The notes below the pieces were generated by a model that saw only the letters and a program-made list of their open reading frames with translations, had not been told where the DNA came from and searched no databases. A DNA stretch of 64,000 nt from Camelus ferus (taxonomy: Eukaryota), in contig NC_045697.1 in the NCBI RefSeq assembly GCF_009834535.1, positions 84,136,001 through 84,200,000 on the forward strand. Reading direction: 5' to 3'. The position numbers and the translations under genes are program-made. Shown in pieces: positions 23,197 through 38,155 of the stretch (the first letter of the stretch is position 1; each line of letters starts with the position of its first letter).

Positions 23197-26100
23197 GTAT
23201 CATTAAAAACTCTTCATAGCATTAATATAGTTCAGCATTAATGTAGACCTTTCCTGATGTTATTTAATATTCTAAAGTTAAAACTTCCTTTAAATTCTTG
23301 CTATTCTGTCATAGCAAACCTGGAGCTCTAGGGGGTATAGAAAAGCCTATGGCAGCTAATCCTTTTGTAGTCATCCTTTCTCATTTGAAAGCTATTTTCA
23401 GATGAACAACTGCTCTAAAGGAATGAAGCAATCTGACAGCTGATGTACATTCTGTTTGGCTTGCCTTTCACACATTTCATATTATAAGTTAATATCAGTC
23501 TCAATTTTCTTTTTCTTTTTATTTTTTTGGACAGGTCTCATACAATCTTGTCTTAATTGTCCATCTTACATGCTCTATCTTGATTTCTTTTATGTTATAT
23601 TACATAAATCATTCAAAATCTGATCATTATTTTTTAAAACTAAAGCTATTAAATTGGAATTAATACTTACTGTGAACTTCTTTAACCCTGAAACCAGTCT
23701 TCATATTCAGTAATTGATTTACCAAGACATTTTGTGTGAAAATCTACTTTAACTTATAACTTCTAGGAAAATATAAATTACTTGTAGTCTCAAAGCATAT
23801 GACTCAAAAAAATTAAATATAAATTAGATGCAAGATGATATTCCACTCTCTCCTTTTAAGCTCTAGCAAAAAACTCTAGAGAGCAGTGCCTTATACATTG
23901 CATTTTGATTGTTATAAACGAAATTCAACTTTGTTCATGAGCAAAGGATAATTAACTTTAAAAGTTAATAAGTAGGATATCCAAATCCTTTGAAGGGCTG
24001 ATTTGAGCCATTCCAGGATATATTTGTGGAGTTTTCAGGGCACCTTCTTACTTCCCTTCTGTCGACAAGGAATGTGAGCTTTTACCTGAACAATATTGAG
24101 ACCCAGAGGCATGAGATCTCGTGAAGGCAGCTGGGAACAGGCATAAGTGTAGCATTTTCATATTTCACCTTCCATAAAGCAACCTGAATAGAACCAGAGA
24201 TTGTGTTAGATGCTCCTGTAGTCATATCTATAGGGTTCTGTTGTTTTGTTTTCTATTTTCTGAAATACAAAATCACCATACTGGATTCAACTTAGTCCCA
24301 TGTTTTACTATGATGTCAAACTAGCTTGGAATAAAGTAAGAATAATTCTGAATCAGATCCCAGAACTAAATTTGTACCAATCCAAGGTTCCAAAATTCAT
24401 GCTTCTTTTAAATTTTTATGCTACTTTGTATTTCCTGCTTCAGGAAGTTTACTTGAAATTTTTTTTACTAGTTTCCCTGATCAATAAGGCAAAGATCAGA
24501 TAGTCATTTAAGTTTGAGACTAAACTATTTACCTTAAAACTAGGCTTGGGAAAACATCGTTTTCTAATTGCATCATAATCATAAATTAATCGATCCTTTT
24601 AATGTATTCCTAGTTTAAACCATATGCTGGATTCTACTCTTATTCCTGAAACAGACCCATAAGAGTAAGATTATTTTTTTCCTTTTTTATATTTTTTCCT
24701 TTCTTAAATATAACTTTTGATTTTTATGAAATACAACAAAAAATATAACTATTATCTCAAGGAGGGGAGGCCCAAAACTACTATCTCACCACCAACAGGT
24801 CTTGGCCATGTAAAGTCTGCTGAAGCCCTCTCTCCCAAGTCACGGGTAGATTTCCAGCCCCTTAAGTGGAGTCACATGCTCTGCATTTGGAGGTCAAGTA
24901 CTCCAGATAACACAGGGAGAATCACAGACTCTTTTTTAATTCATCTCAAATAAAATAATTCTAGTACTTTATGAAGCAGTTTAAATAATTTCTCTCTTTT
25001 CTTTCCTCTGACATCGTATATAGAACTTTATAGAACTTATATAGAAATTACAATTTGTATATGACATAATGTTTAGAGAGCTGGAGCTAGGGATGTATCA
25101 CTTTTTCTAAGGAGGCAGAAATGAGACATGGAATGCAGAGAAACTTTTTCAGGAATAATTCTCCAAACTTCCAAATACTTCACAATAGTAAAAACCTGGC
25201 TAAAGTAAGATAAAGCATGCAACTGTTTCAATCTTAATTGTCCTTTATAAAAATGAATGGAGAAGCTCTCCAAAGTTCTTCTCCTACCCCTTCTCCTCTT
25301 GTGCACCAACATTTTTTTTTTGTAGTATTATAACTCATTTATTTTTTATATCACTTTTCAAAAACTTTTAGCCTGGAGGAGAATGAAACATGACAATGAG
25401 ATGGCTAAATGAGTTGTCTTCTAAACACGAGCTGGAAGTTCAGTTCAGTTCTTGTTGTGGGGAGAGAGACTACAGACGGTGAGCCTTGAGATGAATCAAT
25501 AGGAAAATACAAGAATCAAAAAGGAGAGTTTTACATCAGAGTACTCATTGAATCTGAAGGGGAAATAACCTCAAAGAATTACTGAGAAATCCTATCCATA
25601 TAGACTAAAATACATAGAACTGGATAGCATAATTAAAAATGTAGATAACTCCCAGCCTCTACTAACTACACCCCAAATTGTTCACTCATTATAGATCCAT
25701 TACGATTTGGTGTCAAATTATGTATCAGAAGCCACTATACTACACTCTCAACAAATAATTAATGAAAGTATCCTCTAACACTAAGGCTTTCAGATTGACC
25801 ATCCTCATCATACCATGATGATGATCATCAATATTTGAAATGTTAGAGCTGATGGTAGTAGCCATCGTATGTTACTATTGTGACAAAAAACCTATAAGCT
25901 TTAAACAGAATTATCAGAGCCATGTTGCTACCACTGAACAAATGCTATTCCAAATACAAAACACAAAAATATTTTGCCATTATTTGTGCATGAATTTGTT
26001 GTAGAGGCAAGAAAAGATAACATATTGGTTCCATGCCCACCATCCCTGTGCTATTTATTTCTGAATCTGTACATATTCTCCAGTGGTGATCATCATGGTC

Positions 26101-29032
26101 TTCTCTCACCCAGTAACTCTGAGACTTGAATACTGAAGGAAGAGAGATAGGGAAGGCTGAAGGAATAGAGAGCAATAAGTCGACAGAGAAAGAGAAGAGG
26201 AAATGAGAATAGAAAGAGGAGAGGCACTCTAGAGCAATGGTCATCTGTCCAGAAATGGTGGGGAAAAGGAATTGAAATTAAAATAACTGTAAGAACTGGG
26301 AGTACACTGTCACCTGATCTTAAGCACAGATAACTGCCCACAGTTTAGAAGAGCTTCAGAATAGGGAGGACCACAGTTGTTTCAGTCACCCTACAGTTTT
26401 CTCACCTGGGCTCTGTGAGGGTTTTTTTTTTTTTTTTCATGTTTTTTGTTTGTTTGGTTTTTTCCCCTCATGACTGGTGAACAGCTTTTCCCAGCACACA
26501 GAAGAGGACTGAGCAGATTGTTTTTGCGATTTCAGGAAAAGAGTTTAGTCTGTGGTCTGAAAACAGGAAGCCAGGTTCTAAATGGAGTGCTGTTGTTGAT
26601 ATGGTACCAAGAGCCCTGGTTCCAGACCAGACATCAGCTTCCTTATTTGAAAATGAAGAGGCTGGACTTGTTGGGACGCCTAACTTTAAAACTTCATGAT
26701 TCTTATATTGAGCTTTGTGCTAAAGTCAAACATCAGTGTATTTGAGTTTCTACAATAATATAAACAATGATAGTACTGACATAAATCGCAGGGCACTTTG
26801 AAAAGCACACAGTATGAAGTCTTGACCTTTGGGTGAAAGATTACGTGAGGACCCCTTTGAATTTTCGTGTATAAGCATATCTTAGAGCGTACCGTAAGCA
26901 TATCTGCAATCAAGTCATCAATATAAAAATGAGGACACCTGAAGGCCTTAAGTACCACAGATCAAATGTAAAAAGTTTGGGGGTGAAAAAGAACTTAACC
27001 TAATGCTTCAATGTACAAGTTTGTTAGTTTTCTTTGGTTTAAACACATGAGCAGTCTTATAATCCCCCAAAAAAGCATGTTTTATTCTGAAAATTTGTGT
27101 TTAGTAATATCTTATGAAATTATGGATTTTCTAAACATGCCATAGATTTCTAAACCTCTACTAAGGCCCTCTAGCAAAGAAGCAGCTGAGAACTAGGCTA
27201 AATTCTAGTTTATATCAACGTTGCAATTACAGTGTTTAATTCTTGCCATATTCCATCACCCTAGTTTCTTTGTTGTATTTTTCACTCTAATATGCTCTAG
27301 ATGTATATTCTATAAACAGTACTAGATGAATTACCAGTTTGTGTAATTCAATTTGCATAATTAAATAAAATGCATTGGTAATGTCATTTTTACAATGTTT
27401 ATAGATTTACACACTTATTAAATGATAGTATTATAATTAACAGTAAATTTCTGAGAACTGCATCTTAAAAATCAAATCAAGGCAAGGAGATATGAAATAG
27501 AAAAATAAAGAATCCCATATGGGTTCCAAAATCAACTTTTTAATGTAGAGAAAATTATTAAAATTTATTAATAAACTTTTAATCGAATGTAGTCTTTTCA
27601 AGCATTATTCAAAGTCACAGTCTGGACTATTAACTTTCATATAATATGTATATATGTATGTTACAGTATGCTATAATATATATTTATGAACTATTATTCA
27701 ATCCACATTGGCCAACTATCTGTGAACAGGCAGAAGAGTCCTGTGTAAGTGCAGAGAAAAATCTCTTGGTAAATTGATACGACCACCCTAAAGAAAATCA
27801 TTTTCAGTTAACTCCCTTCCTGTGGTTTTGCCCATTCTTAACAGAATTGCAGCTGCCATTGAATCACAGGGAAACTGTTTTAAAAAAATCTTTTGTCGTA
27901 CTACAATTATTTGTGAATATTTTTACAAACTATGAATTGGATTCACTGACCTAACTAAATACGTAACTTTGACAGGACCAGAATTTCAAATTAAAAATAC
28001 AGAACTACCTACATGCACACAAATCCCTGTTGACTACGTTTCAGTGTTAACCTATGAAATAAATGTGAAAAGAAGAATGCTTCCTTTTAGAGAAATTTAG
28101 GTCCAGTGTCTGCTCATAAGATTAAATATTTGAAGTAAGGTTTGAGAAAGGAATTGATCACATTTTCGAAGATCACTGATATTCTCCCACTAAAATGCAA
28201 TTTTCTATTTGGTTCTCAGTACTAAGGATTGTGGCTCCACAGTATGAAAAATGGAAGGAAAGTACATCCCATAATAAGAAACTTGAACTTTTAAAAAAAT
28301 TTTATCTTTTTTTAAATTGAACTTTTTAATATGAGTTTAAATCTTAGAGACAAAAATAAGGCACATTTGAGGACACTACTGAGAACAAATATTGGTAATA
28401 ATTATTTAATATTTCTAGCAGATTGAAAAATGTGGGGGGTTTTGTGGAAATTAATTATGGTCAAGACTGTAAAGTTACATGTTAATTTTTTTGTTATTAG
28501 GTATTTAACTATTCAGAAATAATCACTGATTTCCCTAAAATAGTAGCAAACTATAATAGATTAAGGCCTATAAAATCTTTAAAGAATAAATGGAAAATTC
28601 TGGATCACCATAAATGACATCAACAGGAAAGTATGCCTAGCAATATTATTTTCAATAGATGATCTAATGCCACAAAGACAACCTTCTAATCCATCAGGGC
28701 AAGGATATGTACCCTGAATAAGTTATATCATTTATCAGGCATCCAGATTAAACATACTCTTAAGACCCTGCACAGAGTTTGCAATAAAGAGCAGGGGACA
28801 GCTGAACTTGGATTCTGTGTGCTCAGTTGACAGCATTTTTCACCCTGAAAGTTTAAGTAGTGAAAGTGTTCATACATTAGATTTCCTAACTCACAGATAA
28901 TCCGGGACTCCAGCTCCAATTACATCATAAACTTTACTACTGGAAGGAAAGAGAAGGAAACCTTGGAGAATTTAGTTTATGTCTTTTATTGTTTGTTTGT
29001 TTATGAAAAATATGTTGACTTAACATGTCTCT

Positions 29033-29623
29033 TAGTATGCTTGTAAATATTTAACTGGTTCTTTGTGGGAGGAAATGCCTTGGTTTGTAGAGTTTGCCAA
29101 TTTTTGCGTTATAAATACTCCTGCCATGGCCAATTTCAAGCTACTATTAAGGAAGCACTGAATGCAGAGCTGGGAATAGATGTGTAGTAATACAAAATTA
29201 TATAGTACTATCCTACAGCAACCTATAATGAAAAAGAATATGAAAAGGAATATATGTATGACTGAAACATTATGCTGTTTACCAGAACATTATGTATTAC
29301 CAGAAATTGACACATTATAAGCTGACTATACTTCAATAAAAATAAATTACTTTTAAAAATATATTGTATTTTCACTACACAGATACAATAGATATAAGAA
29401 AACATCAAGAACATAGATAATAGCCAAAGGAATATAACACTTAGTGATATTTTTGGAGTATTTATTGCTTTGTTTTTAATAAAACTTATCTAGTTATTGC
29501 ATTTACATAATTTAATTTTAATAATGGTCATGTTCACAGAATTTAACTACTGGCTCACAGACTTCCTGAAAATTTATCAATCAACTCTTGTGAGCCAGTA
29601 CAAGACTGCTCCAGACACCACTA
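29033..29623 (-). mobile_element. MER63-like hAT DNA transposon relic, split by an L1 fragment
   Basis: taaatactcctgccatggccaatttcaagctac and ttcctgaaaattt...gagccagtacaagactgctccagacaccact match the recalled MER63 consensus. Confidence 0.65.
29208..29354 (+). mobile_element. Short L1 3' end
   Basis: Similar to 4260-4390 (tatgtatgactgaa...ctgactatacttcaataaaaa); degenerate TSD AAAATTATATAGTA / AAAAATATATTGTA. Confidence 0.8.
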
Positions 29624-30169
29624 GATTTCTCATGCAGGGCTTCTGGCCCCAGAGACCCACAATACCTTTAGATGATCACTCAAAGCCAATTTAGTTAGTT
29701 ACTTAGAGAGTAAGAGGGAGAAAATTTAGGCTTAAAGGAAGGGGAAGTATGAAGACTAAGAAAAGAGGTTGAGAGTTGGTCAGTTATTTTCTTTGCCTTC
29801 TCCTCTTTCATTTTGTCTCTTATTTCTTCTCTCTTGTGGTATAAATTTACTAGCAATAATGGATTGTACCAGCTGATTATTGAGGGAAGGTAAGTTCTTC
29901 ATGGCTCCTGTTGCGCATTTATTCCTTGAAGCAGCCTAAGTGATGATTACAGTGATTTGCTAAAAAGGACTGAATGTTTCTTATGACCCCAATGAGTCTG
30001 TGGCCAGAGGCATATCCATTTTTTATACTTCTGATCTCTTTCTCCTTTCCCCTTTCAAACCCCCGCTACTGGGCTTCTGGGCTATCTTTCCTTACCCTTC
30101 CTTGTGACTCCAATCTTAATAGACTTTTTGGACCTACATCAGTGAGATGAAGATCTGAAGAGAATAATC

Positions 30170-30650
30170 ATATCAGTTAGCATGCTTTTAGTTGAAAATA
30201 GCAGAAAATCAGAAACCAACTAGCTTAAAGAACAAAGGGAATTCACTGGCTCACATAACTGAAAAATTCAGAGGTGATTCAGTAAGGCTTCATCTGCCAT
30301 CTCAAGTATGTCATTAAGGACAGGGTTTCTTTCTCTGCCAATGCTCTGATTTCCTTGAGGTAAGTGTCATCCCACGTCTGGCTGTATCATTCTACCAAGT
30401 ACATGCCAACAGTTTCCTGGGCAATATAAATCTGTTCTTACATGCAGCAGGAAGAGAAAGCATCTTCGGCACAACATACACAAAGAAAAGTCCTAATATT
30501 CACTCTTATTGGCCTAGGTCAGGTCACACACCTGTTCCTGTATCAATCACAAAGGTAATTAATTCCTGTCAAATACACCTTAGAGGACTACTGTAAATCA
30601 AGGGGCCAAAGGGATGGAACTCACTTAAGCCATGTGGTTATTTCCGAAAC
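30170..30650. mobile_element. Old MaLR (MLT1K-like) LTR
   Basis: tatcagttagcatgcttttagttgaaaatagcagaaaa...tagcttaaagaacaaaggg...ggctcacataactgaaaa; attggcctaggtcaggtcaca. Confidence 0.55.
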
Positions 30651-31184
30651 GTTGGTGGAATCAACTAATATTGGTGGCCATTAGGAAGAGGAAAACGAGA
30701 CTAAAAACATTTTCTCAAATTTTTGTCTTGGGGCTCCCGAATTAAACTTATGCCATAGCTTGGAATTCAGAACTTAGAAAAATTAATGTAATAATATGCT
30801 ATTCCCTTTTCTAGTTGACATAGTTCACTCCTGTCACACTTTCTATAATACTGAGAAATATATTCACAGGCACACTGAAAAACAACCCAGCTCCTCCTTC
30901 CATGTCCCAAGCACACAGTAGCAGAGATTCCAAACGCTTGCAAATAAACAAAAGTGAATATTCCCTGTAGAACTCAGCAGAGCTGGCAAACAAATCCCAG
31001 GAAACTGTAAAATACCCTCATCTACTCTGCAATGTGCCTTCATTCCTCTTCCATAAGCTACTTCTTCCATCCCAGAGGACTGTAAAGCACAGAAATTTTT
31101 TTTTTTCATCTTAGCGAGCAGACAAGACCACTCTGCATTTTGTAGGAAGGGCCATGATATTTTTTAAATCAAACATTTTAAAAA

Positions 31185-34100
31185 TAATACTTTTTTTTAG
31201 AGCAGTTTAGCTCATGGAAAAATTGAGCAGAAAGCATAGAGTGTTCCTATATATCCCTTCTCCTCCCAATACAGTTTTCCCTATTATTAACATTTTGCAT
31301 TAGTATGATATACTTATTATGATTGATGAACCAATATTGATATACTATTATTAACTAAAGTCTATAGCTTACATTTGGATTCACACTGTGTTGTACTATT
31401 CTGTGGGTTTTCATGAATGTACACTGTCATGTATCTGCCATTATAGTATCATACAGAGTAGTCTCATTGCCGGAAATTCCCCTGTGATCAACCTCTTCAT
31501 CCCTACTCCCTCCCTACAAGCCCTTGGCAACCACTGATTATTTTAATGTCTTCCGAAGTTTTGTCTTTTCCAGAACGTCATATACTTGGAGTCATACAGT
31601 ATGCAGCTATTACAGACTGGCTTCTTTCACTTAGCAATATACATTTAAGGACCATTCAGGTATTTTCATGGCTTGATAGCTCTTAATTAAATTTCTAATT
31701 TTGAGATAAATTTAGTTTACATGCAGCTGTAAGAAAGAATACAGAGCAATCCCATGTATCAGTTCCTCTAATAGTAACATCTTGCAAAACCATAGTACAA
31801 TATCACACCCAGAATATTGACACTGATGCAGTCAAGAGACTCCTGCTAATCACTAATTGCCCCCCATTCCCATATATATTTTACTTTAAGGTGCTATAAA
31901 ATGGAATCATACAGTATATAACATTTAGGGACTGGCTTTTTTCACTCAGTCTGATTCTCTGGAGATAGATCCAGGTGTTGTGTGTTGCAATAGTTTGTTT
32001 TTTATTGAGGGGTACCATGCTATGAATGGACCACAATATTTTTAACCATTTACTTACTCATTAAAGTACATCTGAGTTGTTTCTTTATTAATTATTATTA
32101 AGAATAAAACTGCTGTGAACATTTGTGTATAGGTTTTTCTGTGAATATAAGCTTTCGTTTCACAGGGATAAATGCCCAGTATTACTAGTAGTTCTACCTT
32201 CAGTTTTTAACAGAACCTACTAAATTATTTTCTAGAGTGGTTGTACCATTTTACATTTCCAGCTGCAGTGTAAAAAATTGCTGGGTGCTCCACATCCTCT
32301 CCAACATTAGGTGCTGTCCCTATTTTTCATTTTAGTCATTCTGATATGTGTATAGTGATATCCCATTGTGGTTTTAATTTGCATCTCCCAAATGATTAAT
32401 GATGTTGAACATCTTTTCCTATGCTTATTTGCCAGCTGTATGTCTTCTTCAATAAGATGTCTCTTCATGTCTTTTGCTCATATTATAATTGGATAGTTTG
32501 CTTTTTTACTGGTGAGTTTTAATAGTTCTTTACACATTCTAGCCTGTTGTCAAATATTTAGTTTGCAAATATTGTTTCCTACTCTGTAGCTTGTCTTTTT
32601 ATCCTTTTAATACAGTCTCTCTCGGAGCAAAAGTGTTTAATTTTGATGAAGTGCAATTTATCAACTTTTCTATTTATGGACTGTTTTCAGTGTCAAGTTT
32701 AACAACATTTTGTCCAGTCCTAGAACCCAAAGGTATGATCATACGATTTTTCTTCCTTAGCCTTTTAATATGGTGGAATACATTGATTTTTGAATATTGA
32801 ACCAATCTTGTAATCCTGGAATAAACTCCACTTACTCATGGCATAGAATTCTTTTTATAATATACAATATAGTTGAATTCTATTTACTAGTATTTTGTTA
32901 AGGATTTTTGCTTCTAAAAGCATGAGGGATACTGTGCTGTAGGTTTCTTTTTTGTGTGTTGTCTTTGGTTTTGGTATCAAGGTAATATTACTTAATAAAT
33001 GAATTGAGAAGTGCTCCTTGATCTTCTACTTTTAGGAAGAAATTATGTAGCATTGGTGTTGATTCTTCTTTAAATGTTTGGTAGAATTCTCCAACAAAAC
33101 CATCTAGGTCTGAGATACCTTTTTTTGGAGATTTTTAAAATATAAATCCTTATAGGATTACTCAGATTATCTAATTCATGTTGGGTGAGATGTGGTACTT
33201 GGTGCTTTTCAAAGAGTTGGTCATTTTTTCCGTTTTCAAATGTATGTGAATTTATATGTAGAGTTGTTCATAGTAGTCTCTTCTTATCCATTTGTTATCT
33301 GCAGTGTCTGTAGTGATATTCTCTGTTTTGTTTCTGGTATTGGTAATTTGCATTTTCTATATTTTTTCTGTGTTAGTCTAGCTAGAGGTTTATGAATTTT
33401 ATTGATCTTTTCAAAAGCCAATTCTGTGCTCAACTGATTTTCTCTATTGTTTTTCTGTTTTTAATTCTGCTCTTATCTTTATTTTCTCCCTTCTGCTTGC
33501 CTTGGGCTTGTTTTGGTCTTATTTTTCTAGGTTTTTGAGGTGAAAGCTTAGATTATAATTTGAGACTTTTATCTCTTTTTAAATATATGCATTTAGTGTT
33601 ATAAACGGGGCATTATTTGTGCCTCATAAATGATATGCTCTATTTTTATTTTCACTCAGTTCAATGAATTTTTAATTTCCCTTAAGACTTCTGTGACCCA
33701 TGGATTGTTCAGAAGTGTGTTTTTTAGTTTCCAAATGTTTGGAGATTCTCCTGGAAACTTTTTGTTACTGATTTCTAGTGTGATTTCATTGTGATTAGAG
33801 ATCATACTCCATAATTTTGATTCTTTTAAATTTGTTGAGGCTTATTTTATGGTCAAGTATATAGTCTATCTTGGTATATACTCTATGTGCACTTGGAAAG
33901 AATGTATTCTGTTGTTCAGTAGAACACTTTATAAATATTGATTATAGCCTACTGGTTGATGGTGTTGTTGAGTTCTTTTATATCCTTGCTGATTATCTGT
34001 TGTTCTATCACTTGTTGAGAGGGAGATGTTAAAGTCTCCAACTATAATTATGGATTTATCTATTTCTCTTTTTAGTTCTACTAATTTTTGCTCCATTTAC

Positions 34101-36980
34101 AGTTCTGTTTTTTGGTGCATACAACATTTACGATTTCTACATCTTCTTGATGAATTCACACTTTAATCATTATACAATGTCTACTGTCTCTGATAATTTT
34201 TTTGCTCTGAAGTTTACTTTAATATATTAATACATCCACTCCTGCTTTCCATTGATTAACATTTGTTTGATATATATATTTCCATCCTGTTACTTTCAAC
34301 TTGCCTATATTGTTCAAGGTACTTATTTGAAGTGAGTTTCTTCTAGATAGCATATATTTCAGTCATGTTTTTAATCCAATCTGCTAGTCCCTATCCTTTA
34401 ACTAGTATATTTAGAACATTTATATTTAATGTAATTATTGATGTAATAGAGTTTAAGTCTCTTTTTTTTTTCTTTTTGTTGTCTTTTGTTTTTATTTGTT
34501 GTCTTTTTCCTAGTTTCCTGTGGGATTACTTATGTATTTTTTAGAATTCCATTTTTATTTATCTATAGTTTTTTGAGTATTTCTGCAGTTTCTGTCATTG
34601 TTCTAAATATTACATTATATATGCTTAACTTATCAAAGTCTACTGATGTTATCATTTTATCAGTTCAAGAGAAGTATAGAAACCTTACTTAACTTCATGT
34701 CCCTTCATATCCTCCCTTGTTTATAATATAATTGTTTTAACTACTTTCTACATACATTTATAATTATATCAGAGAGTTTTTATAATGTTTTTCTTCTGCT
34801 GTCAAACATAATTGAGAAAACTCAAGGGAGAAAGGAAGCTTATTCTATCTACCTACATTTTTTTCTTATTGTTATCTTTCTTTGTTCTTGATGTTCTAAG
34901 GGTCCTTATTTTATTGTTTACCTTCCATTTAAAGAACTTCATTTAGTTATTTGCTATGGTCTGAATGTTTGTGTCCTCTCGGAATTCATATATTGAAATC
35001 CTAATGCCCATGACAGTATTAGGAGATGGAGCCTTTGGGAGGTAATTAGATCATGAGGGTGGGGTCCTCATGAATGATATGAATTCCCTTATAAAAGAAG
35101 CTCATATGTCCCTTCTAGAATGTGAGAACACAGTGAGAAGTCAGCAGTCTGCAATTCAGAAGAATGACTTCAACTGAACCAACTATGCTGGCACCCAGAT
35201 CCCAGGCTTCCAGACTCCAGACATATGAGAAATATATTTGCTGTTTATAAGCAACCAGTCTTTGGTATTTTGTTATAACAACATGAACCATTCTTTTAGG
35301 GTAGATCTCCAGGCAACAAATCTTCTATCTTTCCTTCATCTGAAGATATCTCTACTTTCCCTTTATATCTAAAGAATATTTTCACTGGGTATCAGATTCT
35401 AGGTTGACATTTCTTTTCTTTCAGCATTTTTGTGCCACTTCCTTCTGGTCTTCATGGTTTCTGATGAGAAATCCACTGTCATTCTCATTTTTTTCTCCCT
35501 ATAGGTAAGTTGTCATTTTTCTCTGGCTACTTTCAAGATTTTTCCTTTATATTTAGCTTTTAGAAGTTTATAATATCTCTTATTGTAGAGCTCTATAGCT
35601 TTACCTTTCATAGAATACTGTTAGCTTCTTGAATCCATAGGTTTATGTCTCTTGCCAAATTTGGGAAGTTCTAGGCCATCATTTCTTTGAGTACTTTTCC
35701 AGGCCCACACTCCTTCTCCTCTCCTTCTGGGGTTTCAAAGACAAAAATGCTATTTCTTTTGCTCTGGTCCCACTAATCCCTAAGGCTTTGTTTATTATTA
35801 TTATTATTTTAGTCCATTTTTTCCTCTGTTGTTCTCATTGGGTAATGTCATTTTTCTTTCTCTCAGTTCATTGATTCTTTCCTTTCTCCCCTCCATTCTG
35901 CTATTGACTCCATCCACTGAACATTTTATTTGGGGTATTTTATTTTTCATTTCTAAAGTTTCCATTTGGTTCTTTACAAGTTTTATTCCTCTGCCATGAC
36001 TTTCTATTTCCTTGCTAAAATTTTCTATTTTTTAAAAATTTGTTTCCAGAAACTTTGTAATTGCTCTTTGAAGCATTTTCATCATGGCTGCTTTAAAATC
36101 TTTGTCATATAATTTTAATATCTCACATTAGTATCTTTCTTTTTTCACTCAGTTTGAGATCTTCCTGATTCTTGGTATGACAAATGATTTTTTTTTTTTA
36201 TTTGAGCCTGCACATTTTCATATTATGTTCCAAGACTCTTGCTCTTGTTGAAGCCCTCTGTTTTATGTATCCTAGTATGATGCTGCTTCAGCAGGAGGAG
36301 GAGAGTGCCACCTCTTCACTGCAAGGTGGAAGAAGATAGGAGTTCAGGTTCCCCACCTGATCCTCACTGAAACTTGAGGGGGCCCACTTAGTTACCGCTA
36401 GGAGTAGGTAGGAGTTCAGAATTCCTACCTGGTTTCCACCAGCATTGCAAGGATGGAGGGTTGTTACTGTATGACAGGGATGAAAGTTCAGCTTCCTCCT
36501 TGGCCTCTCTGATACCACCCTTGTGGGGGCATTGGGGCACCTCATTATAGCCTTGCAAGGGCAAAATTCTGGGCTTCCCACCTGCACTTTGTTGATATGG
36601 GTGAAGCCAAAGTTTTTGCTGTGATATTTGGCTGAAATAGAGTCACTATTGTCTAAAAGTTTTCTGTCTTTCTAGGCTGCTCTTTCCCTGGTCTCAGCTA
36701 GTGAAAACAATCTTATTGTAAGTTTTTGGCTGTATCCATTGATGTGTCTGGGTTGCTAGCATGTTCAGCTCCAAGTCTGGGATATATGGGGGTAAAAAAT
36801 CCCAGAGAACTCACCACCATGTTGTTCTTGGGTCCTGAGGTCCCAAGCTGGTCTGTCTTCTTCTCTGCAACTTTCAGAGTGTTTTTGCTTATTTTCTACA
36901 TAATTTCCAGGATTTTTAGTTTTACTTAGTAGAGATATAGGGAAAAGTAGATCTGTTCTATCTTCCCAGAAGCAGAAGTT
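31185..36980 (-). mobile_element. Composite old L1 (L1MC/L1MD-type), about 5.8 kb, antisense in intron 2
   Basis: T-rich + strand; L1 3' UTR text at 31185-32000, ORF2-like text (ttgtggttttaatttgcatctccc...aatgatgttgaacatcttttc; gttaaagtctccaactataatt), ORF1/5'-like text toward 36900; no intact ORF. Confidence 0.85.
34952..35288 (+). mobile_element. MLT1A-like MaLR LTR nested in the L1
   Basis: tgctatggtctgaatgtttgtgtcc...ttcatatattgaaatcctaa...gtattaggagatggagcctttgggaggtaattagatcatgaggg; homologous to 60221-60596. Confidence 0.85.
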
Positions 36981-37819
36981 TTAATATTATCATTTTTATA
37001 ATTAGTAGAGCTTCTCTCCATGTAACATCAAAATATAAAAACAAGTTGATTTCTTTTCCAAAGTAAAATGGGGAAAATATTTATAAATAATTTTATTGTT
37101 TTATCCCTAAACACCTCCAAAAGCCTAATTATTAGGGTTAACTTGTCACTTCATCAAAAAATGTTGTCCCAATCAACAGACTAATTATTTATTTTACAAA
37201 TGGCCCAATTTTTCTTCCTGTGCATTTCACAGCAGTCCATAGTGGTAAAAGAACTCTGTGGGTTACACAGAAAAATATTTCTGATTAAAAGAGCAAGTGG
37301 AGGAGTTTTATTTCTTTTGGATTTTAGAAAAGTCCTTCAGTACTAGATATAGAAAATAATAGTTGTTTACTGAACATCTCCTATATTTAAGGCATGGGGG
37401 CACAAAACAACTAAAATGAAGAAAATGTAAACCATAAAATATGTAAAATGGAATCAAGTTATTGTGATTCAGTGCTTTGGAAATACAGAAAAGGCATGAA
37501 TAATTATGAATATCAGAGATTTCAGAGAAGGGATTGATGAAATAGAACTTAATCTGGATTGAGAAAAATTTGTTCATTCAATACTTATCACCTACCTACT
37601 TTATGTTAGGCTCCTTGGTGCCTGATGCAGAATGAATAGTATTCTGACAGAGACAGAGAAATAGGCGACACGGGCTGAATGGCAGGCATTCTTGTAATAG
37701 AGACAGCTCAAACTGATACATAAAAATGTGGGGGAGTCAAACAGAGCTTTTGAAGAGAACTATGAACAGTGCTGTTTGAAAACTCACTATATAAGGAAAG
37801 ACTAAACTAAGTGTTATTA

Positions 37820-38065
37820 GCTAACTTTGATTCACTCTTTCTATGTGCCAAATACAATACTAGGTGTTTGATATGAAACATCTTATTTAATCCTCATATT
37901 AACCCTATGCAGTATTATTATTATTTGCCCCACTTTAGAGATAAGGAATTTGAGGTTTAGAAAAAATAAGTAACATGTCTATAATCATATAGTTAGAAAG
38001 TAATAGAGCCAGTATTCAACCCAAGGCAGCCTTGGTAAAGAGCCTATATCTTAGTCACCATGCTA
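37820..38065 (-). mobile_element. MIR SINE
   Basis: ctatgtgccaaatac...tcttatttaatcctcat...cccactttagagataaggaatttgaggtttagaaa. Confidence 0.75.
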
Positions 38066-38155
38066 GCATATAGCAGGCAATAAATAATGGAACTTAACAG
38101 AGCATTTAAAAATGCTTACCTTGGGGTTTTTATGCACATGAATATTATTTTACAG

